Position numbers and translations under genes: made by a program. A DNA stretch of 64,000 nt, from the NCBI GenBank assembly GCA_964016885.1, contig OZ024743.1, positions 329,406,001 through 329,470,000 on the forward strand, in the 5' to 3' direction. Positions 45,231-58,458 of the stretch are shown here, in pieces (the stretch's first letter is position 1; every line of letters begins with the position of its first letter). Source of the stretch: Eledone cirrhosa (lineage: Eukaryota). The notes beneath the pieces are model-generated. The model saw only the letters and a program-made list of their open reading frames with translations. It did not search any database and had not been told where the DNA came from.

Positions 45231-46329
45231 TGTGTGTACCCGTTAGTATGTGTGTAGGCCACGTAGCATAACAGTTAAACAAAGAAGAGATTGATAAAAT
45301 AAGAACTATGATCGACATGATCAACGAAACCACTTCAAGGTTGTGCCCCAGCGTGACCACAGTCTAATGACTGAAACCACTTCAAGGTTGTGCCTCAGCA
45401 AGGCCGCAGTCTAATTTTAAATTTAATAAGCGCGGGCAAGGGGTTGGAAAAAATATGAAAAATTAAAAAGTGTGGGGGGGGGGGGAGAGTTATAAATATT
45501 TCTTGAACTAAAAATGTTTGTAACATTGTATTCCAGCTCGGTATTGGCTGTGTTTCTCAAAGTGAATTTCTGAAATGTCTTTTAATGAAGTGTAATAATA
45601 ATTACTATGTAACGCTTTGATATAAATATATTTCCTCCCTCAAACCATTTATATCTCGTTTAATGTCATAAAATTAGGGCAGAGGGGATTATCTGTAAAA
45701 TATAGACATCGTTTCCGTGGTTTTATCAAAATTATTCACGGTAACTTACACACCATCATATTTTAATGAACTGCTAACCAATCAGTTTTCAAATCATCAT
45801 TTTATATACCCATTCCCTCTTAGTGTTATTCTGAAACGGACGTACTAATTGCATACAATTAGTGCACGTGTTGGTAATTAATTAAGATACATATTAAGAA
45901 GTGCACTAGCAGCCGAAATTTAAGAAAGTTATATTTGTATACATAGAGAGTGTGTAACAGAGACTGCACTAATTTCATGCATGGACCCGTAACTCGTAAT
46001 AGGAGTTGCAGGGGCACCATGTTGATATAGGCGTTTCTTAGGGCATTTTAAAATCTAGCGGAGCTCATCTCCTCTCCTGGTCTCAATTTAGCAGATTTTT
46101 CCCAGAGCAGGATAGTGAGGATGAGAAAGATACATGCAGAGGAAGAATCGACCCAGTACTAGACTGGTACTTTTTATCGACCTCGAATAGATGAAAAGCA
46201 AAGTTGACCACGGCGGGATTTGAACTCGGAGAACAGAAAGCCGAAAGAAATATTACAAAGCATTTTATCCGAGGTTCTAACGACTCTGCCAATTCGATGT
46301 CCCACTGAACTATTTAGAGCGTCAACTTC

Positions 46330-46877
46330 AGAATAATTCTCCGAGCCAATGGGTATATAAGTCAACCAAACACGTATTTCTTTGTGGTTGTTTGGATCAA
46401 TACACTGCATGCGTAATTAAAAGCATTTCGAAGACCTTACCCTATTGTTTTAGAGTAGTGACAGTCTCACTTACTTTAAATTTTCAGCAAACAAGGGAGA
46501 TAAAGCTGACAGAGCTCTGTTTCGTACTCATTGGTACTTATCAAAGCCAAGTACTCCACCTGTTTGCTGAAAATCATGAATGTTTGATTCTTATAGAATT
46601 TCTAGTAATAATCAGGAACTGATTATACAGAGCGGTTGCCGGTCAAGCAGAAATTGAAAATTAGAATTGGTGCTCTGAAATAGCGAATCAGTACGAAACA
46701 GAGCTCTGTCAGCTTTATCTCCCTTGTTTGCTGAAAATTTAAAGTAAGTGAGGCAGTCACTACTCTAAAACAATAGCATAAGGTCTTCGAAATGCTTTTA
46801 ATTAAGCGTACAGTGTATTGCAAAATACACTATATATACATTCATATATATATCACTATTTCAGAGCACCAATTCTA

Positions 46878-46880
<3 letters not shown>
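46330..46880. mobile_element. Fold-back module with HHR variant
   Basis: 46400-46530 is inverted at 46690-46819; HHR-like motif at 46504-46548 (-); ends in (TA)n. Confidence 0.7.
46504..46548 (-). ncRNA. Type I hammerhead ribozyme, U3-A8 core variant
   Basis: Reverse complement reads GGCT-TTGATAA-GTAC(CAATGA)GTAC-GAAA-CAG(AGCT)CTG-TC^-AGCT. Confidence 0.65.
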
Positions 46881-46929
<49 letters not shown>

Positions 46930-47071
46930 GTATATAGATTGTAGAGAAGTGACACACGAGTTGATATATATATATAAAGTAGTAAAAAAGAAAAAAAACA
47001 GTAGAAAATGCTAAAGGAATTTTCTCTCAGAATAATATCAAAACATTTATTTACAAAATAGGAATTTCCGC

Positions 47072-47253
47072 ATTTGACAGTATCGGTAGAGGGCTGGACG
47101 CCATGCTTTCTAGCATAGTTATGTCCCTTTACGACCTGAGTTCAAATCCCGTCGAGGTTAACTTTGCCTTTCATCCTTACACGGTCGATAAAATAAAGTA
47201 CCAGTAACGCACTAGGTAATTGTTGGCCTTGTGCCAAAAGTAGAAACAATTAT
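47072..47253 (+). mobile_element. tRNA-derived SINE, family A
   Basis: A/B boxes and family tail. Confidence 0.8.
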
Positions 47254-47806
47254 TTGTACCGGTTTCAGATTGTAAGCCATTCCACACGCATATGAATAAG
47301 AATAATAAGAATATGGGGAAAATTGTTTTTACATACATATATAGGGAGAAAAGTTCACTTATTTGTCTGTAGTTTTCTTTCTTTCTCTCTTAGTGCTGAC
47401 CTTAGCTGTGTCACCACCAACAAATTTGAGTATGTGTTGGTTGCTTACTCAACGAGTGTGCATGTGAGTCTGTTTCTTCCGTAGTAATTTAAAACAAGAA
47501 GTGTAAATCAACAGGTTAAAATTAACTTCGTTTATTCATATTCGCTGCTATATGTGATAACCATAATTCAATAGTTATGTCCTCACCAGGCAGCTAGAAC
47601 TTGAACAGGAAAAACAGGGAAACGTAATGGTGGAATAGAGTTTACCTTGTTAATTCGTTGATATGCCAGGATCCGAAAAGTGGCGTTGTTAATGTAAAGA
47701 ACTGTCGGGATTAACAAACACCACTTTGGTTATCACCGAAATATATATTGCAGCGAATATGAATAAACGAAGTTAATTTTAACCTGTTGACCTACACTTC
47801 TTGTTT

Positions 47807-47838
<32 letters not shown>

Positions 47839-48169
47839 TGTATGTATGTATGTATGTATGTATGTATGTATGTATGTATGTATGTATGTTTTTCTGGTTT
47901 TATAATTTCACAAATTTCTTCCTAATAGAGAGAGAGTCGGTTTCTAACAAGACTCTCTCATTGGAATTTACACATCAACTAGGTAGATTATGTATGCATG
48001 CATGCATGTGTAGATATGGATGTTATCGTATGAGTGGATGTGTATGTTTTGAGTTGTATGTGTGCATGTGTATATGCTTTGTATCTGTACATGTGTATAT
48101 GCAGTTATTAGATGCAACATTTTTGGAATGGTTTACATATTTTTATTGGATTGTACTTGTAATTTCCTA

Positions 48170-51165
48170 ACTAGTTGAGTTCTTTCTGTTACTAGCTTCT
48201 CAAGATTTGTATTGAGACAGTTACTAACATACCCCAGTGCCCCAATAATCACAGGCATAAATCTGAAGGTCTAATCTGAGTGGAGTATCTGCAGATTTCT
48301 CATCAGTTCTGCATAAATATTCTCCTTTTCGCTAATTTTTTATATTATATTGGCATCTGCTGGGCAGCTAATTTCCACTACTGTGCATGCTTTCTTCTCC
48401 CTGCCTCATATCGTAATATCTGGTCTGTTATGCCTGCATTTTATTGAGGTTTTTAATGGAACATTCCACCAGTACTCTTTCATATTATGTACGTGGATGT
48501 CTTCCACATTGCTGTAGCTTTTAATGTGTTTATTATCGGGGCTATCTTTTTTACGAACTGCATTGTACACTGTTTTGGCCACTACATCATCCCTCATAGG
48601 TAGATAGTACCGCGATGACATCTTTGGACAGCTGCTGATGACATGGGTGATATCCTCGATATTAGTTCTGTAGAGTCTGCACTTGTTATCACATCTAGGT
48701 GTTTTGCCTGCATCCCTATTTCTTTTGTGAATCAGGTATTTCGTGTTGATTTCCTGTTCTTGGATTGCAAAAGCGTATCCTTCAAAGTGGGAGCCAATAT
48801 AGCGGTTGTTGGTCCAAGGTAGACTACTTTCCTTATCTATATTACTCTCACTCTGGAGCTTCCTGGCAACATATCCATGCATGATTTTTTGCTGATAAGC
48901 ATGCAGTTTTTGATTCATGGATTCACTGCGATTCTGCTGAGCGACTTCCCTGAGTGTGAGTTTTTGATTGTCACAGGGAATATGTCTCGAAAAGTTCCTT
49001 CCCAACTCTCATGATCTTATCTGTTTCATGCAGATAGACTTGCTCGAGAGACGGGCTCCTTCACTTCAAGGTTCGTAGATGTTGTCGGAGGGATATGATG
49101 CGACATTCAAATGCTATCTGGACTGATGTTAGGCCTCTGCCTCCCTGCTTACGTTTCAAGTAATGGCGGTCTATGTCACTGTTGATGTGGAAGTTTCCGG
49201 TGTTGTTTAGTATTTTTCGAGTTCAAACCTCAACTGCTCGGATTTCGTCTATCGTCCATTTGAGTATTCCAAACGTTGGTGTTAGGACAGGCACAGCAAA
49301 CACATTGTGTGCCACTGTTTTGCGCAGAGAGTTCCGATGACCAAATCTTTCTTAATCGGGTGTATTATTCCCTGGTTACGCGTTCCTTATTACAGATGCC
49401 ATTATAGGATATGTTCTCATCTATCCCCAGGTATCTGTAGCAGTCCTCATCAGATATCGGTGAAACAGTTAGGCCATTGATGACAATGTTGCTAGATTGG
49501 GTTGTTGTATTTTCCCCGCTTTACAATCATGTATGAGCATTTATCTTGGCCAAACTCCATTCCTATATCCTTTGAGAACGTTGTAACCAGGTCAAGATTT
49601 TTCTTCATCCCATCCATGTTCTTGGCATAGAGTTTCAGATCATACACAAAGAAATTATGGGTTAGGTTCGTATTTTTGTCCTCCTGTGAGCCAATGATGT
49701 ATCACTCACATTTCTTGAGCAGAAAGGACAAGGGGTTTAATGACAAGATGAATAATATCACAGAGAGACTGTCTCCCTGAAATATACCCCTGCGATATTA
49801 TATTTTATTAGTGAAAATAGAGTCCACCCTCTCTGTCTTAACCTTAGGATAGTAGCCCAAGAAGAAGACAGCTTCTCTATGGCTCTGACAATAATGTCTG
49901 GGACTTTAGCAAGTTAGAGGGCCTCTATCATCCAAGATTGGGGAACAGAATCGAAAGCTTTCCTGTAGTCCAGCCAGACTGTAGCCATATTCCTCCTAAG
50001 TTGTTGCACCTCCGACATCGCAGTTTTGTTGATTAGGAGTTGTTCAGCACATCCCCAAATCCCTTTCTTTCCAGCTGTTTGTTCATCCGTGATGATGTTA
50101 TTATTTTCACAGTGATCTTGGAGGAATAGGTTCAGGCAGGCTGTATACATCTTATACATCAGGTTCTGCCATGCATTGGGTCGGTAGTTTTTTGCCAAGT
50201 GGGTGTCTTTGTTCTTGGGGACCAGTAATGTTTGTGTTAATGTCAACCATTTTAAGAACTTGTTGGTAGAGGTCAGTAAGATACCTCCGATAGAATATCA
50301 GTTTTTTGTACCAGTAGCCGACAATCATGTCTCTTCCTGGTATTTTCTTATCTTGGAGTTTTCCTATCACAGTCTCAAGAGTACCCTCACTTATTTCGTA
50401 TGTTTTTGTTGTAGTGTAGGAGCAATAGTTCTTTGAGATTTCTCTTAGCCACACTGCATCTTGGTTGAAATTCTTCTTTTTACCCCATATTTTGCTCCAA
50501 AAGGAATCTATGTCTTTCAGTGACACTTATTATTTTGTTCTTCATATCTCTATAGACTGATGTTTGGTTTCGTCTGAATCTTTTATTAAGCACTTTTCTC
50601 TCATCTAGCTTCTTCAGGGTCCGGTGTTTTTCGCTAACAGCTCTCAATTCTTGTTTGAGGGTGATCAGCTTATATTGAAGAGTTCTGGTTCTACTGTTAC
50701 CAAACATCGTCTCTATTTTATTTTTCACTCTTTGTTGAGGAGTGAGGTTTTTTGTGTTTGTTTGCATGTAAGGAACATTGTCACAAATCCTATGGTTTTT
50801 TGTAGGTCAGCAATCTTTTTTTCTATTTTAGTTATATATGATGGTATTTTTGGTGTCGTTTTGTTCTTGTTAATATCTCTGGTATCACCAAGATAATGCT
50901 TCACTGTCGTTGCTAAGGCATATAAACAGCCGTTGATTTGCCAAAATGTTTGGGTTTTTCTCCGTAGTAAATATTCATCCCCTATTTCGTCAATAACACG
51001 TAATATTTCATTATTTGGTTTTTCATTAAAAATTGTCGTTTTAATACGTTCAGCAAGAGAGATATTTATACATGAATTAATTTCTCTCAGGAAGATTTCG
51101 TTGAGGGAAATTTTCAATTGTTTATACTTTTGATTTTTATCATTATCGATAGAAATTTCCACAAC
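48170..51165 (-). mobile_element. Degraded non-LTR retrotransposon with restriction-like endonuclease (R4/Dong-like)
   Basis: RT motifs PGRDMIVGYWYK, NYRP, WLDYRKAFDSVP, GIFQGDSLS; zinc knuckle CRL...EDITHVISSC; RLE motifs HNRPDI, VEISCP, PVIIGALG. Many frameshifts. Confidence 0.85.
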
Positions 51166-51678
51166 AGTCGAAGTAGACTCGGATTTGCAATCGATTCCCG
51201 GACAGGGCGATGCGTTATCTCCTTGAACAAGACACTTTATTTCACGTTGCTCCTTTTACCTGGAGTTGCGACCGATAGATAGTATTAGCAATTGAAAAGA
51301 CAAATGGAAACATTGTTTCCTCGGTCCGATTTGACGAAAGTCGATCGTTCAAAAAAATAAATATATATATATATATATATAAAATTATAAGTTTGAAGAA
51401 CACTCAGACAAAATATATCCAATTCTTTTCCTCCTTAGTCCGTAAAAATCAACTAGATAAATAATCATTTAAACGGATCTATGTTTAAAATGTAACTTTG
51501 AAGAAATAAATGTCACTTATATGAAATAACAGATAAATGTGACTTTCCTCTGTGAGGAACAGTCAGATAAAATTTACCTAGTCTTTCCTCCTAGTCTGTA
51601 GAAATTAACTAGACAAATAATCAATTAAACGGAGCTAAGTCTAAAATGCAAGTTTGAAAAAAAAAAAATATATATATA

Positions 51679-51926
<248 letters not shown>

Positions 51927-52659
51927 AGTGTACAGGGCTTTTCGTATCTTATTTCCATTCAGCATTTTACAGAAGAACGTAAGCGAGATGTTTATATATA
52001 TAAAAGAATAAAAGATGTTTATATATAGAATCAACCGCAGGCAGTGGAAACCCTACATTAACAGCAACAGGACTGGGCTGAGGGGGTGGCAAATGGTGAG
52101 ACGGTATCACAATCTTCCCATTCCTTATCTGGAATGCCACATGGTGTGACACCTACACAAGCGGCGACCTGGTACATTCGGCTATCAGCCCAGGCTCTGT
52201 TGCCCACCAAACCGAAGAGGGCAAACTGTCCAAGTATCGGCCGATCCCAGATAGGTTTGTGGTAGAGCATGTAACAGTGGACCTTCCGGCATTCTTGGCC
52301 CCGGACCACATCCCTACCCACTGATATCGGAGCGGAGCTGGTCGTCCGCATATGCCAGTCCTGCGAGGTGGAGTAGCTGTTCCAGGGAGTCTCCCACACC
52401 GTCCTCCGGAGCAATGTAGTCTCTGTCCTGTCGGTCGGGACTCTGAGGCGGAGGGTAAGTTAGTTGGAAATAGAGTATACTCGTTCGGACGTCATTTTCT
52501 CTCTATTTCTTTACAATTCTATGAGCCTCTACTATAGACTACTGAATCAGATTACTAAATTACAACACCATAGTATTGTCTACTTGTTCTCACGTTCGTC
52601 AAAAGCCTGCGCTCACACACACACACACGCACACACACGCACACGCACACGCACGCGCA

Positions 52660-52748
<89 letters not shown>

Positions 52749-54063
52749 GATGGCTGCAAACTCTGCTAAGAGTATTGTAATTGCTTGTCAGATTACTGAA
52801 AATTGTGCACTTTTAGGCTACGGCCGGCCACACGAAGCTGTACATAACCTGAATAACCAATACCTGTGCTTTGAAGGTTTTTTAAGTGGGGAAAGGCCTT
52901 GCACTCGACCAATCCCACTCTCTGAACATCGAAAACACTACCCGAAAAGAAGAACTGATCAACATCATCGGATGCTTCCGAAGCCGAGTCTATTAATTCA
53001 GTGCCTTGTTTTTAAATAGTAATATGTGCTCTCAGGTACCAAATAATAGGGGGGGGGGGGTTATATAAGCAGGGATGTTGGAATAAGTGCGTGTGTGGGG
53101 GATTGGTAATTTTTCTAGGTTGTCTCCGTAGATTTTTTTAAAAACAAGAATTAGTTGTTTAGTTTCCATATTGTAACCCCAACACATCCTATTTATTTTA
53201 TAACGTATGGGATTTCTAGTAATGTATTTTTTCACATGTCTAATGTTTTTAATGTATAAAGAAAATTTTCGCAAGATAGAGTATGAACATTTAATAAGCG
53301 GGGAAGGGGGCGATTATTGGGGATCCGAGAGTTGTAGAAAATATCTGAAAACAGGTTTATTACTTTAAATGTTCATTGCATCCTTACAAGTAGAGAAATT
53401 GTTGGGAAAATTTGCATTATTAAATTAACGACTTAAATAATTAATCGGAAGCTGTCATAGTGATGTTTTGTACTTTTGCCGAGTGTCTTACTAATGTGGT
53501 TTCATGCAGTATTAGAGTAAAAACTTCATTTTTTATTGTGACGTGGTGATGTTTTGTACTTCCCAGAAAGTCTTGCTAATGTGGTTTCATGCACTATTAT
53601 AATAAAGACGATTTTTTTAATGTTTTATTTTGTTATTCTTAAAATTTTTTTGCTAATGCAGTTTCGTGTGGTACAGGACGTTAAGAGTTCATTAATATAA
53701 GAATAATATAAGAATAATTCATATTGGTTTGACAAACGTTCAGAAATTACAATTAAACTAAATTAAATCAGCATGAAAATTTGCTGAAAAAACAAACAAA
53801 AAACAAGAAAAAGAAATTTTATATCAACAACCTACTCTGTGTTGGTTAGATTGTAGTAATTTCTGAATGGTTGTCAGACTATTTAATGTCAATATGTAAA
53901 TTAGACCACTGTATAAATTAAGAGTTGTTCCTTATATTAGGGGGGGGGGGGGCTCTTGACTTGTGATGGAGTCGTAGGGATGTGGTGATGACACAGCGTG
54001 TAACTATTCTAAACCTGGTAAAATCCATCCCGCTCCAGGTCGGAACATAAACCGATTTTTTCC

Positions 54064-54134
<71 letters not shown>

Positions 54135-54828
54135 GATACCTCGAAAATTTGAAAAGCAAAATTGACCTCGGTATTTGAAATCAAAGTGCAGTGAGCCGGG
54201 GTAAACAAGTCATATTCAACCTGCTGCCTTAACGAGTGTTAATCCAGTGCCTTGTTTCTAAATAACAATATGTACTCTCGGGTCCCAAATAATGGGGGGG
54301 GGGGGAATAAGCGGAAGGGTGGGGAGTTGAAAAGCGGTAATCTTTCTAGGTTGTCCTCGTTGATTAAAAAAAAAACAGAATTAGTCGTTTAGTTTGCATA
54401 TTGAGACCCCCATCCCATCCTATTTATTTTATAACATATGGGATCTCTAGTAATGTACTTTTTTGTAATGTACAATGTTTTTTAATGTCTAAAGAAAATT
54501 AATTGTCACAGTAATGCTACCACTTAAAATGAAATTTCGCTGGAGATAGATAAGCAAAATTTAATATGCAGGGGTGGGATGGGGGTATACGAGCTGGGAG
54601 GAGGATCTGAAAAATTAATAAGCATGGGTGAGAACGATTATTTGAGACACGAAAGTAAAAAAATACAACTAATAATTTCAAACTCTCCTGTCAATTTCAT
54701 AACCAAGCCGTATTTCTGGGTGTTACACTGAGGATTGTCCTCAAACTGGATAATGTTTCATTGCAAAAGTGAGTGACTGTGTGGGTGTATGTGTGTGAAA
54801 TCAAGTGCATAAAGAACTCAATACATCT

Positions 54829-55665
54829 CTTCTTCTTCACCCACTTATTCCTAAGAGGGTCGTGGGCCAGAGTCCTCAAACACTCTTTCCAGCGAGGGCT
54901 GTCAGCAGCAACCATCTCCAACTGATGTGGCTGGATCCCCAAATGAGACCAGCCAAGTTCATGGATGTGATGCAACCATCTTGGTCGGGGCCTACACATG
55001 GGCCTCCTGCCGGCTGGTTTTACCCGTAAAATCTGTCCAGCAATTCTTTCATGAGACATTCTATCCACATGCCCATAGTATCAGAGCTGTGAACTCTCAA
55101 TTTGAGTAGTAGCAGCTCTACCTGGGGTGACTCTCTGATCTCATAGCAATGCACTATCGAGTATAGTTAGTCCAAAGACCCTTCGGAGGAACCCCATTTC
55201 GGCCGCCTGTATTCTTTTGGTCATTACCCAAGATTCACGACCACGGGATTGACATGCGCAGCCCGGTTGGAAGTTGTACCACAACTAGCAGGTGTAAAAT
55301 TAATCAGCTGGAATTTACAGACGACATGGTGTTACTTAACTCGAGAGAAGGTGATCTCCGACTTGCACTTGATAGGTTTGATGCCACCTGCTGTATGGCT
55401 GGAATGAAAATAAACGCTACAAAAACTGAGAAACTCATCCTCACAAGGAAGCCAGTGCAGTGCACTCTACATGTGAATGGAGTTCCACTGAAATAGGTGG
55501 AAATGTTGAAGTATCTAAGGGCCATGTTCATGAGTGATCGAAGGCAGGGGGCTGAATTAAGTGCAAGAATTACAGGAGCTGGTGCAGTAATGCGACAGCT
55601 TCAGCATTCGGTATTCAGAGGAAGGGAGGTTTTCTTCAATTCGGTAATTCTGCTAACCCATACCA
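54829..55665 (-). mobile_element. RTE-like LINE, 5'-truncated with 5' inversion and 10-bp TSD
   Basis: C-terminus on the minus strand (ESWVMTKR..AAEMGFLRR; GRRPMCRPRPRW) with (AAG)n tail; RT part on the plus strand (LEFTDDMVLL, GMKINATKTE, LKYL). CAATACATCT at 54819-54828 and 55666-55675. Confidence 0.82.
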
Positions 55666-55954
55666 CAATACATCTAGTAGAGATAAATTATTGATTCCAA
55701 GTTCAAGCCTGATTCCATTCTATTTGCTAATCACTTTACTGTGTCGGTCGTCACAAGCAGTCATAGCCTGCATGGACTGGAGTCGAATTCTGTCGATCGA
55801 TTGGTTATTGATTAGGCGATACCCGCTGATGAAGCTACATGCGCCGATTATGCATTGTTGCATAATATATGCAGACAGAAGGTGCAGTGCACCCGATTGT
55901 TGCATTAAGTGTGGCCGAAACTCGAGTTCGGGAACTACTATAGGTACCCGTTTA

Positions 55955-56079
55955 CGTGTGTTGTATTGAAGCGAATAACTATGTGTATACTCTGGGAGTG
56001 TATTTTACATTACCTATTGAGTACGCTGAGATGCAACCGGTCCTAGCATTGATATCTATGCTGGGTCCGTCAACTTCTT

Positions 56080-56080
<1 letters not shown>
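55955..56080. repeat. TA-anchored dispersed repeat, inverted relative of 1760-1885
   Basis: Both translate to EANNYVYTLG.Y..L..EY.E.QPV on opposite strands and abut (TA)n. Confidence 0.65.
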
Positions 56081-56130
<50 letters not shown>

Positions 56131-57439
56131 ATTGTATAGTGTACCTAGACTATACAAATTTAAGTCATCTGAGCGAGTTCTGTTGATATGACGTATGGTA
56201 GTAGTAGCCACTTTGTATGTCTGTTGGAAGTGAAAACTGAAAGGCAGGGAAAACTTAGAATGCCTAACTGTATAAATATGTGTAGTGATGTTAAATACAT
56301 GCCAAGATCGATATATTATAAAGTCACATAACCCCCTCCTCCTCCGAGTCTGTACAAGATATATAATCACAGAGAATGCAGAACGAATCAACAAATATTC
56401 TGTGTTCTGGATATATGCCTATGAATATTAAATAAATTTAGAAAACGAAGCTTTCTGACACTAAAATATATGGAACATTTAGCACAAGTTACCTCGCAGG
56501 CCATCTATATATTTCTGTGATAATACACGTTGTCAGCTGCTGTTGAGCTAAAGACACTTATTTAGCCACGCAATACATAACAATTGTTGAGAAAACGAGT
56601 GATGGGTTTATATTTTCAAGTAGGAATGGATAAAGGAACCATTGGGCTACTTTATATATCCCCTAGAAATAATAACTGTTTTAGAAAGGTTATGCAAAAT
56701 ACTTTTGGATTGCTCTACTTAAGAAATATATATTGGAGGGCTTAAATACATGTTAAATATTAAAACCTGTCCCAAACCTGTGGGTTCATCTGGACGCTGC
56801 TCAACCTGGTCTCATTGGCGTTAACTGACAGAGTAAAAAGTTCATCGTAGAGTTAGCCCCCAGCGACTGCTGGTCCTCATGTTCAGTTAAGTGGATTGGA
56901 GCAACATTAAATGGAATGTTTTGTTCAAAAACAAAACGCGTAACCCTGTCCAAGAATCGATCCCACGACATTACGAAGGTAAATCCAGCACAATTACCAC
57001 TACACTACGCACCCTCACTCAGAAATACATGCCAGGAACTATATATAGTAGTTAACAGTTAGAGACATCATGTGTAGTTGATATAGAAACCGGCGAGGAA
57101 CAACCAAAAATATATGTAAGCAAAAATATATATATGTAGACGGCGAATCGGCTTGCGGCAAAATGCCTTGCCATATTTGTTACATTCTCTGAGTTCCTAT
57201 TTAGAGGAACTTCGTCTTACATTCTTTCAGAGGTCAATAAAATGAAATACCAGAAGCGCGGATTGGCAGAACTGATAAACTGTAGGACGAGATGCCTTGC
57301 AGTATTTGTTCCTTGTTTTTATGTTCTGAGTTCAAATCCCACCATGGAGTACTTGGATGGTAAACGTTTACGTCGATTATTTTAACAACTTAACCACATT
57401 CCTTCACTATTATAAGTTATAAGATTATATCATATCTAT

Positions 57440-57985
57440 CTTATGGGGTCGATAAAATAAAGTACCAGTAATACACTGGGATAATTGCTGGCCTTGTGCC
57501 AAAAGTAGAAACAATTATTACTAATATCGGTGGTCTGAGTTCAAATCCCGCCCCGGTTAACTTTGCCTTTCATCCTTACGGGGTCGATAAAATAAAGTAC
57601 CAGTAATGTACTGGGATAATTGCTGGCCTTGTGCCAAATGTAGAAATAATTATTACTAATATCGGTGGTCTGAGTTCAAATCCCGCCCCGGTTAACTTTG
57701 CCTTTCATCCTTACGGGGTCGATAAAATAAAGTACCAGTAATACACTGGGATAATTGCTGGCCTTGTGCCAAATGTAGAAATAATTATTACTAATATCGG
57801 TGGATTGGCAGTATCGGTAGAGGGTCGGGCGCCATGCTTTCCAGCATAGTTACGTCTCTTTGCGGTCTGAGTTCAAATCCCGCCCCGGTTAACTTTGCCT
57901 TTCATCCTTACGGGGTCGATAAAATAAAGTACCAGTAATGTACTGGGTAACTGATGACCTTGTGCCAAAAGTAGAAACAATTATT
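57440..57985 (+). mobile_element. Tandem cluster of family A SINEs (134-bp internally deleted units, then a full copy)
   Basis: CTAATATCGGTGG-TCTGAGTTCAAATCCCGCCCCGG repeated at ~57521 and ~57655; complete head at ~57795. Confidence 0.8.
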
Positions 57986-58218
57986 ACTACTGTTATTCTT
58001 ATCCTTATCATATATCTTAGTATGTTTTCAGACGTAAAGGTCAGGCGGACATCACACCTCGTCAACATCAATTTAACATTTTCGTCTATCGTCCAAGTAG
58101 AGTCTCAGAATATTGGTGAAAATAGATATTTGTAAAGGTTAGTAACAACAACAACAGCAATAATAATAATAATAATTGTTTCTACTTTAGCCACAAGGCC
58201 AGCAATTACCCAGTGTAT

Positions 58219-58265
<47 letters not shown>

Positions 58266-58387
58266 ATAATAATAATAATAATAATAATACACTGGACGTT
58301 AAGCAAGTATTGTGAAATGCCAAGAGAATGAAGGTATAAACATACATTAGAAAAAATCTCAGAGAATCACAAAGCGAGGTTGTCTAC

Positions 58388-58458
<71 letters not shown>

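Noticed and set aside
52030-52460. GC-rich island with short ORFs
   Set aside because: No motif I can identify; probably a retroelement fragment, but unsupported.
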